A stretch of DNA of 42,423 bases, taken from sequence record PQ561394; one strand, 5' to 3'. Positions 1 through 8,690 of this stretch are shown in pieces (within the stretch, counting starts at the first letter, position 1; each line of letters starts with the position of its first letter). The stretch is from Escherichia phage Ec1-ASingh. The position numbers and the translations under genes were made by a program. The notes under the pieces were generated by a model that ran no database searches, was not told the DNA's origin, and worked only from the letters and a program-made list of their open reading frames with translations.

Positions 1-900
1 ATGACCGCATCTGTATTGAACCGCATGAACTCCATCGTCGAACAGTATGTTGACGAGGAAGAACTTGACTTTAACGAAGCCACGTCTGGCGGTGGTAAGC
101 TGCTGCCGGAAGGTAAGGCACTGGCGCGACTGGTTGGCTACATTGAAGTGGGGCCGAGCGTGACCAAGCAGGCACCGGACAAACCGCCAGTCAATAAGTT
201 CTTCCTCCAGTTCGCGCTGTGGGGCAAGGCCAAGAACGGCGAGACTTACCATGAAGTTGTCAATGGTAAGATGGTGCCGGGCAAGGTGCGCACGCAGTTC
301 ATCGCTGTGAAGAAAGACCTGAACAGCAAGTCCGGCGCTTACAAACTGTTCAAGCGTATGAACCCGGACAAGACTGCGAAGCACTTCGCGCAGCTTCTGA
401 ACCACACCTTCATCGTTCCGATTATCCACAACGAATCGGGCGAGGGTGAGAACAAGAAGGTGTACGCCAACATCGACCTTGAGAACATCATGCTCGCGGT
501 TGACCCGGTGACTGACCAGCCGTACCCGGTGCCGGAGGTTGAGGACGAGACGCTGTTCAAGCTGTTCCTGTGGAACCGTCCGACCAAAGAGGACTGGGAA
601 TCCCTGTACATCGAAGGCAAGAACGACGATGGCAAATCCAAGAACTGGATTCAGGACAAGCTGCTGGAATCTCCTGAGTTCCCCGGCTCTCCGCTTGACC
701 TGCTGCTGAACGGCGCTGGTGCTGGCTCGGCAATCGCTGAGCTGCCAGAGCTGGGCGACGTGGGCCAGCCGGAGGAAGTGGCTGAGGTTAAGCAGGAAGT
801 GCAGGAGCTGGCAACGGCTGGCGCGGCTGACAAGTCGGCAGCATCCAAGCCTGAGCCGGACGTGACTGGCGATGCTGACTTCGGCCTGCCGAGTCTGTAA
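1..900 (+). CDS. hypothetical replication-module protein with acidic C-terminal tail (possible ssDNA-binding protein, speculative)
   Basis: 299-aa ORF starting at ATG position 1; coding-like composition; acidic C-terminus ending ...GDADFGLPSL; immediately follows DNA polymerase if the genome is circularised. Confidence 0.55.
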   Translation: MTASVLNRMNSIVEQYVDEEELDFNEATSGGGKLLPEGKALARLVGYIEVGPSVTKQAPDKPPVNKFFLQFALWGKAKNGETYHEVVNGKMVPGKVRTQFIAVKKDLNSKSGAYKLFKRMNPDKTAKHFAQLLNHTFIVPIIHNESGEGENKKVYANIDLENIMLAVDPVTDQPYPVPEVEDETLFKLFLWNRPTKEDWESLYIEGKNDDGKSKNWIQDKLLESPEFPGSPLDLLLNGAGAGSAIAELPELGDVGQPEEVAEVKQEVQELATAGAADKSAASKPEPDVTGDADFGLPSL

Positions 901-935
901 CTGACAATGGCACAGGGATGTGCCGTGGAGGATAC

Positions 936-1133
936 ATGCGAGAGTTAGAGCCGGGCGAGGTTATCGTTTACGACGAGCCTCGCGACATGTGCATGGTAAT
1001 CAAAAGCCGCAGCGAGAGAGTTGAAATGAGCTACGACATGTTCTTCACTTTGAAGAAGATGATTGAGAACATGCTGATGGAGAGAGTGAATGAGCAGATT
1101 GAAACGCTTGCTTCACAATGCCGAGGAACTTGA
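936..1133 (+). CDS. hypothetical small protein
   Basis: 65-aa ORF with GGAGGA 5 nt upstream of ATG 936; overlaps start of the exonuclease ORF, so uncertain. Confidence 0.25.
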   Translation: MRELEPGEVIVYDEPRDMCMVIKSRSERVEMSYDMFFTLKKMIENMLMERVNEQIETLASQCRGT

Positions 1134-2064
1134 TGACCAGTTTGATGGTTACGTGTCTGGTCGTATTCTGCTGTGTGATGCTGACTCGACAGTCTACGTC
1201 GCGGCAGCAACCACGAAGAACATCGAGACGGCGAAGACACGATTCTGTTCCGGGGTACTGACTGCCAAGTTCCTCGCCAATGCTCAGTCAGTTCGTATCG
1301 AGTTGACCGCTGCGGAGTGTACGAAAGCTGGACGGTACAAGCTGCGCGGGGCCAAGCTGTACCAAGGCAACCGAGACAAAGACCGCAAGCCCGGTCTGGT
1401 CGAGCCGTTGCGTAAAGCAATTGGCCGGAACATGTTCAACGTTCCTGATGGTGAGGACTGGTACGTTCACCTGAACTTTGAGTTCGAGGCTGACGACACC
1501 TTAATCATGGACGCGTGGACGATTGGCATTAACGATGCAGTAATCTACAGCGCGGATAAAGACCTGCGCTGCTGGCCGGGCAGGTTCCTCGACCCGTACG
1601 ACAACAAGGTACTGGAGCCGTGCAAAGGTGTTGGCCGTCTGTGGTGGCACGAGACCAAGAGTGACAAGTCGCTGATTGGTCATGGGCCTATCTTCTTTTG
1701 GGCGCAGATGCTGATGGGCGATAGTGCCGACAACATCGCTGGTGTCAAGAAGATTGGTAAGCAGACAGCTTACGATATGCTGGTCGATTATCAGGAGACT
1801 GATGACGAGTCGGCTGTGGCTGAGTTCGTGCTTCGTGAATACATGGTGCGCGACCAGAACCCATGGCCAGAAGCAGTGGCGTTGTGGCTGTACCGCACGC
1901 CGACCTACTCATTCGCAGCCCACCTCAATACGCTGACCTTGAGCAAGGAGCTGCGTGTCTGGCTGCATAAGAAATTGAATGAGGAATGGTATGCGGAAAG
2001 TGACTGGCGCGACCTTGTTGCAGATGCGGAAGAATGCGATGGGCTGTCCTTGCCCACTCTGTAA
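1090..2064 (+). CDS. 5'-3' exonuclease (FEN / T7 gp6-like)
   Basis: N-terminal ILLCDADS acidic cluster and H3TH-like motif GDSADNIAGVKKIGKQTA typical of 5'-3' exonucleases; start codon uncertain. Confidence 0.75.
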   Translation: MSRLKRLLHNAEELDDQFDGYVSGRILLCDADSTVYVAAATTKNIETAKTRFCSGVLTAKFLANAQSVRIELTAAECTKAGRYKLRGAKLYQGNRDKDRKPGLVEPLRKAIGRNMFNVPDGEDWYVHLNFEFEADDTLIMDAWTIGINDAVIYSADKDLRCWPGRFLDPYDNKVLEPCKGVGRLWWHETKSDKSLIGHGPIFFWAQMLMGDSADNIAGVKKIGKQTAYDMLVDYQETDDESAVAEFVLREYMVRDQNPWPEAVALWLYRTPTYSFAAHLNTLTLSKELRVWLHKKLNEEWYAESDWRDLVADAEECDGLSLPTL

Positions 2065-2371
2065 CGAGCCGATGGTAGACCTCAAGCTCATGGTGGTTGA
2101 CCACGACCATGTGAGTGGGGAGATTCGCGGTGTCATCTGTCGCTGGTGTAATGCTCAGCTCGGCAAGGTAGAGAACTCTGCCAACCGAGCGAAGCGCCAG
2201 CGCACAGTTGATGACTGGCTGGACAGCGCCATCGAGTGGCGACGTAAGCAACACACTGGTCTGATGTACCCAACGCACAAGACCGAGGCAGAGAAGAAAG
2301 CGGCGACAGCCGAGAGACGTAAGAAGGCGGCAGCCGCGAAAGCGCGAGCCTTAATCACTAAGGGGAAATGA
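2039..2371 (+). CDS. endonuclease VII-like junction-resolving nuclease
   Basis: Motif CPCPLC...DHDHVSGEIRGVICRWCNAQLG matches Endonuclease_7 signature; GGAAG RBS 6 nt upstream of ATG 2039; overlaps exonuclease 3' end. Confidence 0.75.
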   Translation: MGCPCPLCNEPMVDLKLMVVDHDHVSGEIRGVICRWCNAQLGKVENSANRAKRQRTVDDWLDSAIEWRRKQHTGLMYPTHKTEAEKKAATAERRKKAAAAKARALITKGK

Positions 2372-3495
2372 TGACCAAGTTAACTAATCACCAACTCAAA
2401 GAAGACATTGCCGAAGGGCTTGGCACCAAGGCCATTGCTGAGAAGCATGACATGACCGAGAGCGCCATTCGATACCGGAAGCGCCAGCTTGCCAAGAGCG
2501 GCTGGAGTCCTGAGCACGACATGACGAAGGAAGTGCCGGAGCCATATGCGGTGAAGGGTACGTCCACGCTGTACGATAAGGACGGCAACGTTGTCATGCA
2601 GTGGGTGAAGACTGCACTCGACCGTGAGCAGGAGCTGGCGCTGCTGCAAGAAGCTGTCGATGCAATTAGCGAGAGCATCACCCCGGAAGCTGCCAGACCG
2701 TACGCCGGGGGCGCGGCACCTGCCGAGCTGCTGAACCTGTTCGTGCTGACTGACTACCACCTCGGTATGCTGGCGTGGGCAGAGGAAACTGGTGACGACT
2801 GGGATATGAAGATTGCGGAAGACCTGCTGGTCAAGTGGTTCTCGGCAGCGATTGCCAGTGCGCCGCCAGCGCAGGTTGCTATCTTCGGCCAGCTCGGTGA
2901 CTTCCTACACTGGGATGGGTTGGATGCAGTAACGCCATCGAGTGGGCATGTGCTTGATGCTGACACGCGATTCCAGAAACTGGTGCGTGTGGCTATCAGG
3001 GCGCAGCGCCGCATCATTGGTATGCTGCTGGATAAGTTCCCGCAGGTTCACGTAGTGTGTGCCGAGGGCAACCACGACATGGCCAGCTCAATCTGGATGC
3101 GTGAGCTGCTGCATGTACTGTACGCCGACGAGCCGCGTGTCACTGTTGACCGCAGCCCTGACCCGTACTACTGCTATGAGCATGGCGAGACGGCGCTGTT
3201 CTTCCACCATGGTCACAAGCGTAAGGCAGAACAACTGGAGACTGTACTGGTCGCCAAGTTCCGCGAAGTGTATGGCCGAACCAAACATGCGTATGCACAC
3301 GTTGGCCACCTGCATCACAAGAAGGTGCTGGAGTCTGGTGTCATGATTGTCGAGCAGCACCGTACGCTGGCGGCGAAGGATGCCTATGCCTCCCGTGGTG
3401 GTTGGCTGAGTGAGCGCAGCGCGAGCGTGATTACTTATCATGCCCGGTACGGTGAGGTCGCACGATTCACCATTAGCCCGGAGATGTTGGAGTGA
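2368..3495 (+). CDS. HTH domain fused to calcineurin-like metallophosphoesterase (putative DNA exonuclease)
   Basis: N-terminal HTH-like segment (MTESAIRYRKRQLAKSG); C-terminal motifs DYHLG, GDFLHWD, GNHD, HHGH characteristic of metallophosphoesterases. Confidence 0.6.
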   Translation: MMTKLTNHQLKEDIAEGLGTKAIAEKHDMTESAIRYRKRQLAKSGWSPEHDMTKEVPEPYAVKGTSTLYDKDGNVVMQWVKTALDREQELALLQEAVDAISESITPEAARPYAGGAAPAELLNLFVLTDYHLGMLAWAEETGDDWDMKIAEDLLVKWFSAAIASAPPAQVAIFGQLGDFLHWDGLDAVTPSSGHVLDADTRFQKLVRVAIRAQRRIIGMLLDKFPQVHVVCAEGNHDMASSIWMRELLHVLYADEPRVTVDRSPDPYYCYEHGETALFFHHGHKRKAEQLETVLVAKFREVYGRTKHAYAHVGHLHHKKVLESGVMIVEQHRTLAAKDAYASRGGWLSERSASVITYHARYGEVARFTISPEMLE

Positions 3496-3716
3496 CGAGA
3501 ACACTGTACCAAGAAGATGTGGTGCAGCTCAAAGAGGATGGCCTCTCCATTGAGTGGGAGGCCAACACTCAGGTCGAGCTGTATAAGGATGGCACCGTCT
3601 GCATTTCGCAGGACGGTGAGGAAGTCTGGTTGCCTTGGGCATATGTCCGAGATATTATTTTCGCTCTTGAGGAAGCACACGATGCACATGAAAGACACCG
3701 TAGTAGTAGACCTTGA
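3492..3716 (+). CDS. hypothetical protein
   Basis: 74-aa ORF, GTG start preceded by GGAG; overlaps neighbours on both sides. Confidence 0.4.
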   Translation: MTRTLYQEDVVQLKEDGLSIEWEANTQVELYKDGTVCISQDGEEVWLPWAYVRDIIFALEEAHDAHERHRSSRP

Positions 3717-4209
3717 CGGCACGCTGGCCGATGGCCGTTGGCGTTTACACCTGCTGCCTCCACCGGAGCGTCGGCACCTTGATGAAGCGTGGGCCGAGTT
3801 CAACTTGGCTGGCGCTGACGACCCTGCGTTTCAGGACACGATTGATATTGTGAACGCTCTGGCCCTCACGTATCGCATTATCATCCTGACCGGACGCGGA
3901 GCCGTGGCCCGTGAAGTAACCGAGCAGTGGCTCGACGAAGCTGGTGTGGTTTACGACAAGCTAATCATGAGAGAGATTGGCGACTGCCGTAAAGACACAG
4001 AGATGAAGCTGGCGGCGCTGGAGGACATTGGCATTGAGAACATCGTGTGTGCTTTCGACGACCTGCCGCACATCGTTGACTTCATGCGTGGCCTCGGCAT
4101 CACGGTTTATGAAGTGACCCGGTACGAGGACAATCATGAGTATGTTCATGCCAATGCTAAATACGATGGCGCTGATTCTAAGGTCGATGGAGGTAAGGCG
4201 AATGGGTAA
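3682..4209 (+). CDS. HAD-superfamily phosphatase-like protein
   Basis: Begins MHMKDTVVVDLDGTLADG (DxDGT motif I of HAD hydrolases); GAGGA RBS upstream of ATG 3682. Confidence 0.55.
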   Translation: MHMKDTVVVDLDGTLADGRWRLHLLPPPERRHLDEAWAEFNLAGADDPAFQDTIDIVNALALTYRIIILTGRGAVAREVTEQWLDEAGVVYDKLIMREIGDCRKDTEMKLAALEDIGIENIVCAFDDLPHIVDFMRGLGITVYEVTRYEDNHEYVHANAKYDGADSKVDGGKANG

Positions 4210-4780
4210 GAAAGGTCAGAAGTTTATCTTAGACCCGGCACGCAACTGGGGTACTGGCACGCTGCTGAGCGACATTGCTGAGCAAGGTATCATCCTGACG
4301 TACGACGAACCGTACGATGTGCCGAATGACAGCCGCGATTACTACACCTGCGTGAAGGATGGCAAGACCCACACGCTGGTACTGGAGCCGTTCGAGGTGA
4401 AAGAAGTCGAGACTGCGTTCATCCCGGTTGACCCGTACGACCCGGCCAGTGATGTTGAGGTGGCCGTGGCCAAGAGTGCTGGGCCGGGCGGCATGAAGTT
4501 TGACGGCGGCAAGCCCCGCATGTCACTGCTGTTCGATGGCTGCCCGAATGCACTGGAGGCTGTAGCCAGCGTGCTCACCTTCGGCGCTGAGAAGTATGCA
4601 GCCCACTCGTGGCAGACTGTACCGGAAGGTGAGGAACGCTATAAGTCAGCGCTGCTCCGGCACCTGACGGCGGTGGGCAAGGGTGAGGAACTGGATAGCG
4701 AATCCAACCTGCACCATCTGGCGCACGCTGCGTGCAATGCGCTGTTCATTCTGGAACTCGAATTAAGGAAACGCAAATGA
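4202..4780 (+). CDS. hypothetical protein; C-terminal half resembles phage dATP/dGTP pyrophosphohydrolase N-domain (low confidence)
   Basis: GGAGGT RBS before ATG 4202; C-terminal pattern GGKPRMSLL...LTFGAEKYA...W...ALLRHL...HLAHAACNALFILE recalled as typical of phage nucleotide pyrophosphohydrolase-associated domain. Confidence 0.5.
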   Translation: MGKKGQKFILDPARNWGTGTLLSDIAEQGIILTYDEPYDVPNDSRDYYTCVKDGKTHTLVLEPFEVKEVETAFIPVDPYDPASDVEVAVAKSAGPGGMKFDGGKPRMSLLFDGCPNALEAVASVLTFGAEKYAAHSWQTVPEGEERYKSALLRHLTAVGKGEELDSESNLHHLAHAACNALFILELELRKRK

Positions 4781-4953
4781 GTGTTTTACTTTGGATTGTA
4801 GCTGTGGTATGGTTTGCCCTGTTCTCTGTTGTCTGTCTGGCTGCGTGCGACCAGTACAACAAGACACATGTTGACAGGTCTGGTGCAGCAGGCTTTATCC
4901 TGTGGGTATTCTTGGCTGTCATCCCTGCTATTCTGTTTGCCTGTCTTGCGTAG
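4777..4953 (+). CDS. small two-TM membrane protein
   Basis: 58 aa, AAGGAAA RBS, ATGA overlap with upstream stop; two hydrophobic helices (LLWIVAVVWFALFSVVCLAA / FILWVFLAVIPAILFACLA). Confidence 0.5.
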   Translation: MSVLLWIVAVVWFALFSVVCLAACDQYNKTHVDRSGAAGFILWVFLAVIPAILFACLA

Positions 4954-4961
4954 GAGATTGT

Positions 4962-5276
4962 ATGAGTCGTTATCAAAGAGCCATTGACGACACGGTGGTT
5001 GACCATAAAGTGTGCGGTGCCTGCATGGGTAGCGGCACCTATCGTGGCATGTTGATTGGTGGGCAGGTAGTCCTGATGGATTGTGAAGCCTGCGGCGGTA
5101 CGGGTACGAATGACCCGACACTGCAACATTCTGTACTGAGTGACTTAGGCCAGCGCAAACAAGCGCAGCCGGGATATGACGAGCCGGGCAAGCCATCATA
5201 CGGTGTAGGTCTCGTTGAGCAGTACGCCGAAGACGGCAAGCTGATTGAGCACCTGAGCAAACAAGTTAAGGAGTAG
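4962..5276 (+). CDS. small DnaJ-type zinc-finger protein
   Basis: AGGAG RBS 7 nt upstream; two CxxCxGxG repeats (CGACMGSG, CEACGGTG). Confidence 0.55.
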   Translation: MSRYQRAIDDTVVDHKVCGACMGSGTYRGMLIGGQVVLMDCEACGGTGTNDPTLQHSVLSDLGQRKQAQPGYDEPGKPSYGVGLVEQYAEDGKLIEHLSKQVKE

Positions 5277-5278
5277 TC

Positions 5279-7711
5279 GTGGATTTACTTGCAGAGCAGA
5301 TTCGACTTGAAGAAGAAGCGCGAGCCAGACACCGCGAGGGCTGGCTGGATAATATCAAAGAGGCGATGGCCAGTGGCCGCGCCGGGTCGGTGCCGTTGCT
5401 CCAGCGTATGATGGTTGAGGCTTATCCTCTGGTCGAAGCTGCGATGCAAGAAACCCTGAGCGAAACGACCCGTGGGTATGGTGCGCAGTACCGGACGTAC
5501 ATGCGTGAGATTGGCACCAAAGCGTGTGCCTCTCTCGCACTGAGCATGGCGGTGTCCGGTGCTGCGTCGGAGCAGGCGGTACTGAGTCTGCTCAAGAGCA
5601 TGGGCAAGGCACTGATGGCTGAGGTGGTGTATCTCCGGGCGAAGCAGACCGGGCCACAGCAGGCGGCGTACATGGAGCGCGTTAAGCAAGACGTGAAGAA
5701 GTCTCGCTCGAAGTCAGCGAACCACGTCTACAATAAAGCGCGTGCGTCGGCGGCGAACGTTGGGGTAGAGATTGATGTGCTGCCGCAGCGTGCGCTGATT
5801 ACCATCGGCAAGCTGATGATGAAGTGCGTCGAGCCAACTGGTCTGGTGTCCACGATTCGCGTCGGCGGCAACCAGCGCCAGCGCGGTACGGCACACTTCG
5901 CCCTGCATGAAGATGTGCTGGCTACGATGAACGACTGGCTGGACATGCCGCGTGCTGATGGCATGTGCTGCCCACCGCTGATTATCCCACCGAAGCAGAT
6001 TGCCCCGAACGGTCGCAGCGGCATGTGGCATTCCGATGGGCAGGCAGCGATGTACCGGGTCATGAGTCGCATGAACCACAAAGGGTATCGTGCATTGAAC
6101 GTTGACCCGACCCCCGTTATAGAGCCGTGTATGATGCTCAGCAGCGTTCCGTACCGAGTTAACCCAATGGTACTGGAGTTCCTGCGAACGAACCGTACAG
6201 GCGTTATGGGGCTGCCTGTGCCACCTCGTGAGCCTACACTTCCGTTCACCATCCCCGCTGGTGTGAGCTTTGCACAGTACATCAGCAAGTTCCCACCAGA
6301 GATGCAGCAGCAGATGGATGCCGAAGCTCATGAGTACAAGGTGAAGACTCGCTTGTATTACAATGAGTTGCGTAAGTTCACGTCGCAGATGCTGGCGTTG
6401 AATGGTGCAGTCAAAGAGGCAGAAAGGTATGCGCAGTACGATAGGATTTATCTCCCGACTTACGCCGATACGCGGGGCCGAATTTATTATTCTTCGACCC
6501 TTAACCCTCAGTCTATCGACGCAGTGCGAGCGCTGCTTGAACTTGCGGAACCAGTGGCTCTCGGAACTGAGGGGCTGTTCTGGCTCAAGGTTCATGTTGC
6601 GAATTGTTTCGGCTACGACGCAACAGACTTCGACGACCGGGCGGCGTGGACGGACAAGACACTCCCCCGACTACGTGAGGCGTGCCGTCTTCCAGAGGCA
6701 TTTGATTCGTTCTGGTCAGAAGCCGATAGCCCTATCAGCGCGTGGGCTGCCTCTGTTGAACTCATTCGCGCTATCGACTCAGGAAGTCCTGAGACTTATC
6801 CCTGCCGAGTGGTTACGCAATGGGACGCTACCTGTTCAGGATTACAGCACCTCAGTGCGATGCTACGAGATGAAGTTGGCGGTGCTGCTGTCAATCTTAT
6901 CAATAGCGTGGGAAGAAAAGCAGACATATATCTCAAGACGGCAGCAGCGGCGATGCAGGCTCTTGAAGATAGTGAAGCGCAGTCACCGACGCAGATGGGT
7001 ACGTGGCTTGTTTCAATCGGTATTGTCCGGGCGATGGCTAAGAAGCCAGTGATGACCTACGTGTACGGGGCAACCCGGCACGGTATGGTGGACTACTACT
7101 GCCTGTATCTACGAGAGAACCGGGTCAAGCTGCCGGACGGCAAGAGCCTGCTGGAGTGTGCGCAGTTCATCGCAGAGTTCATGTGGAATGCAATCCCTCG
7201 CGTTGTGCCGAAGGCGGCAGAGCTGATGGCATGGTTGCAGGCTATCGCGGTTGAAGCGGCAGCCAACGGCGAGTACGTGGAAATCATCGCACCGTCAGGG
7301 TTGCGGGTGGTTAATCTGTATCAAGCCAGCAAGGAGACGATGCTCAACAACATCAACCTCATGGGTATCCACAGCATTAAGCTGCGCGAGTATCTGGACA
7401 AGCCGGACGGCAGGAAGTGTGCCGCTGCGATTGCTCCGAATTTCGTACACGCCATGGATGCCAGCCACATGATGAAGGTGTTGTGGGAGATGTGGAATAA
7501 CGGGGTGTACATGGTGTCCATCCACGATTCGTTCGGGGTGGCGGCTGCACATGCCGGGTTACTCCACAAGGTCATTCGTGAAAAGTTCGTACAGATGTAT
7601 GAGCAACATGACCCAATTCAACAACTTGCTGTACGATACAATGCTGTTGCACCTGAACGGGGCAATCTGGATATCCAGCTTGTGAAACAATCAAGCAAGT
7701 TTTTCTGCTGA
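5279..7711 (+). CDS. single-subunit DNA-dependent RNA polymerase (T7-like)
   Basis: 810 aa; [26 protein letters not shown] matches T7 RNAP catalytic motif ([20 protein letters not shown]); HDSFG motif C present; GTG start after AAGGAG. Confidence 0.95.
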   Translation: [810 protein letters not shown]

Positions 7712-7739
7712 TAAATAGTGATATGTATCATTGACTTAA

Positions 7740-7760
7740 ATGAAAGTGTCTATAGTGATA
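7740..7760 (+). promoter_or_regulatory. conserved motif ATGAAAGTGTCTATAGTGATA (candidate phage-RNAP promoter for late genes)
   Basis: Located in the RNAP-structural intergenic region; followed by palindrome GTGATAGATATCAC; recurs at 8009, 35978 and inverted at 29428. Confidence 0.4.
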
Positions 7761-7821
7761 GATATCACGCTACCGGTAGCCCCGTCAGTGGCGGGGGTTG
7801 CTGCCACTAAGAGAGGATTGT

Positions 7822-8007
7822 ATGGGTAAAGAATCTCCACTTGAAAGAGTTCAGTTCACTAAAGCACAGTTAGCTCTACTGGAGAAGCACTTCGGTACAT
7901 GGTCTCAGGTAGGTAAGACAGTCACTCCCGACACTAACCTACCTCTGATTAACAGAGAGGCTGGTAAGCAAGACGTTCTGGATTTCATCAGAGAAAGAGT
8001 GATTTGA
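7822..8007 (+). CDS. hypothetical protein
   Basis: 61 aa; GAGAGGA RBS 4 nt upstream of ATG 7822. Confidence 0.45.
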   Translation: MGKESPLERVQFTKAQLALLEKHFGTWSQVGKTVTPDTNLPLINREAGKQDVLDFIRERVI

Positions 8008-8008
8008 A

Positions 8009-8428
8009 ATGAAAGTGTCTACTATGGGAAATACATCACACACGACGATGCCACTCGACATTCGCCGTGCTGTGGCCGAAGGCATTCAAGCTGAGCGGCC
8101 ATGGTCAGACCTATCTCCCGATGTGATTGTTGACAGCATGTACGAGGCCACCGCCTCCGGTTGCGTTGACGTTTACATCACTGCCGATGACGGCAGCCTC
8201 ATGGCTGTCGCTCACATCGGCAGGTTATTCGATATTCATGTGGGCGAGATGGTGGTCGTTATGGCCTCATACGTCTGGCCCCAGTACAGAAACCGTGGAG
8301 TGATGCGTGCCATCCTCCGTGTACTCAAAGACGTGGCCCGTTCAGCGGGTGTGCGTTGGTGCGGTTACTCCCATATGGTGCGGCCTTACGTTCAGGAGTA
8401 CCGCTTCATTGATTTGGAGAAACCGTAA
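8009..8428 (+). CDS. GNAT-like N-acetyltransferase (putative)
   Basis: 139 aa; segment VWPQYRNRGVMRAILRVLKDVARSAG resembles GNAT motif A (acetyl-CoA binding); start overlaps conserved ATGAAAGTGTCTA motif so true start may be ATG 8024. Confidence 0.45.
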   Translation: MKVSTMGNTSHTTMPLDIRRAVAEGIQAERPWSDLSPDVIVDSMYEATASGCVDVYITADDGSLMAVAHIGRLFDIHVGEMVVVMASYVWPQYRNRGVMRAILRVLKDVARSAGVRWCGYSHMVRPYVQEYRFIDLEKP

Positions 8429-8688
8429 TGGGTAGCGTAGGCAAAGTATTCAAGGGCATTGGCTCCGTCTTCGGACTGGGTAGCCAAAAGCCGCAGTACA
8501 CTATCAAGACTGACCCGGCGCAGGTCAAGGCAGAAACCATGCAGGCTAACCTTGCAGCCGACCTCGCTGGTGAGAACACCCCAACCATTCAGGCAGGTGG
8601 CCAAGTAAGCTCGGCCTCTGATACGCTGGGTGGTCGCCGCCGTCGCACCGGAACTGGTGTGGCAAGTAACCTCGGCATTGGGAGCTAA
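8428..8688 (+). CDS. hypothetical small Gly-rich protein (possible virion protein)
   Basis: 86 aa; TAATG overlap with upstream gene; position just before portal. Confidence 0.5.
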   Translation: MGSVGKVFKGIGSVFGLGSQKPQYTIKTDPAQVKAETMQANLAADLAGENTPTIQAGGQVSSASDTLGGRRRRTGTGVASNLGIGS

Positions 8689-8690
8689 GC

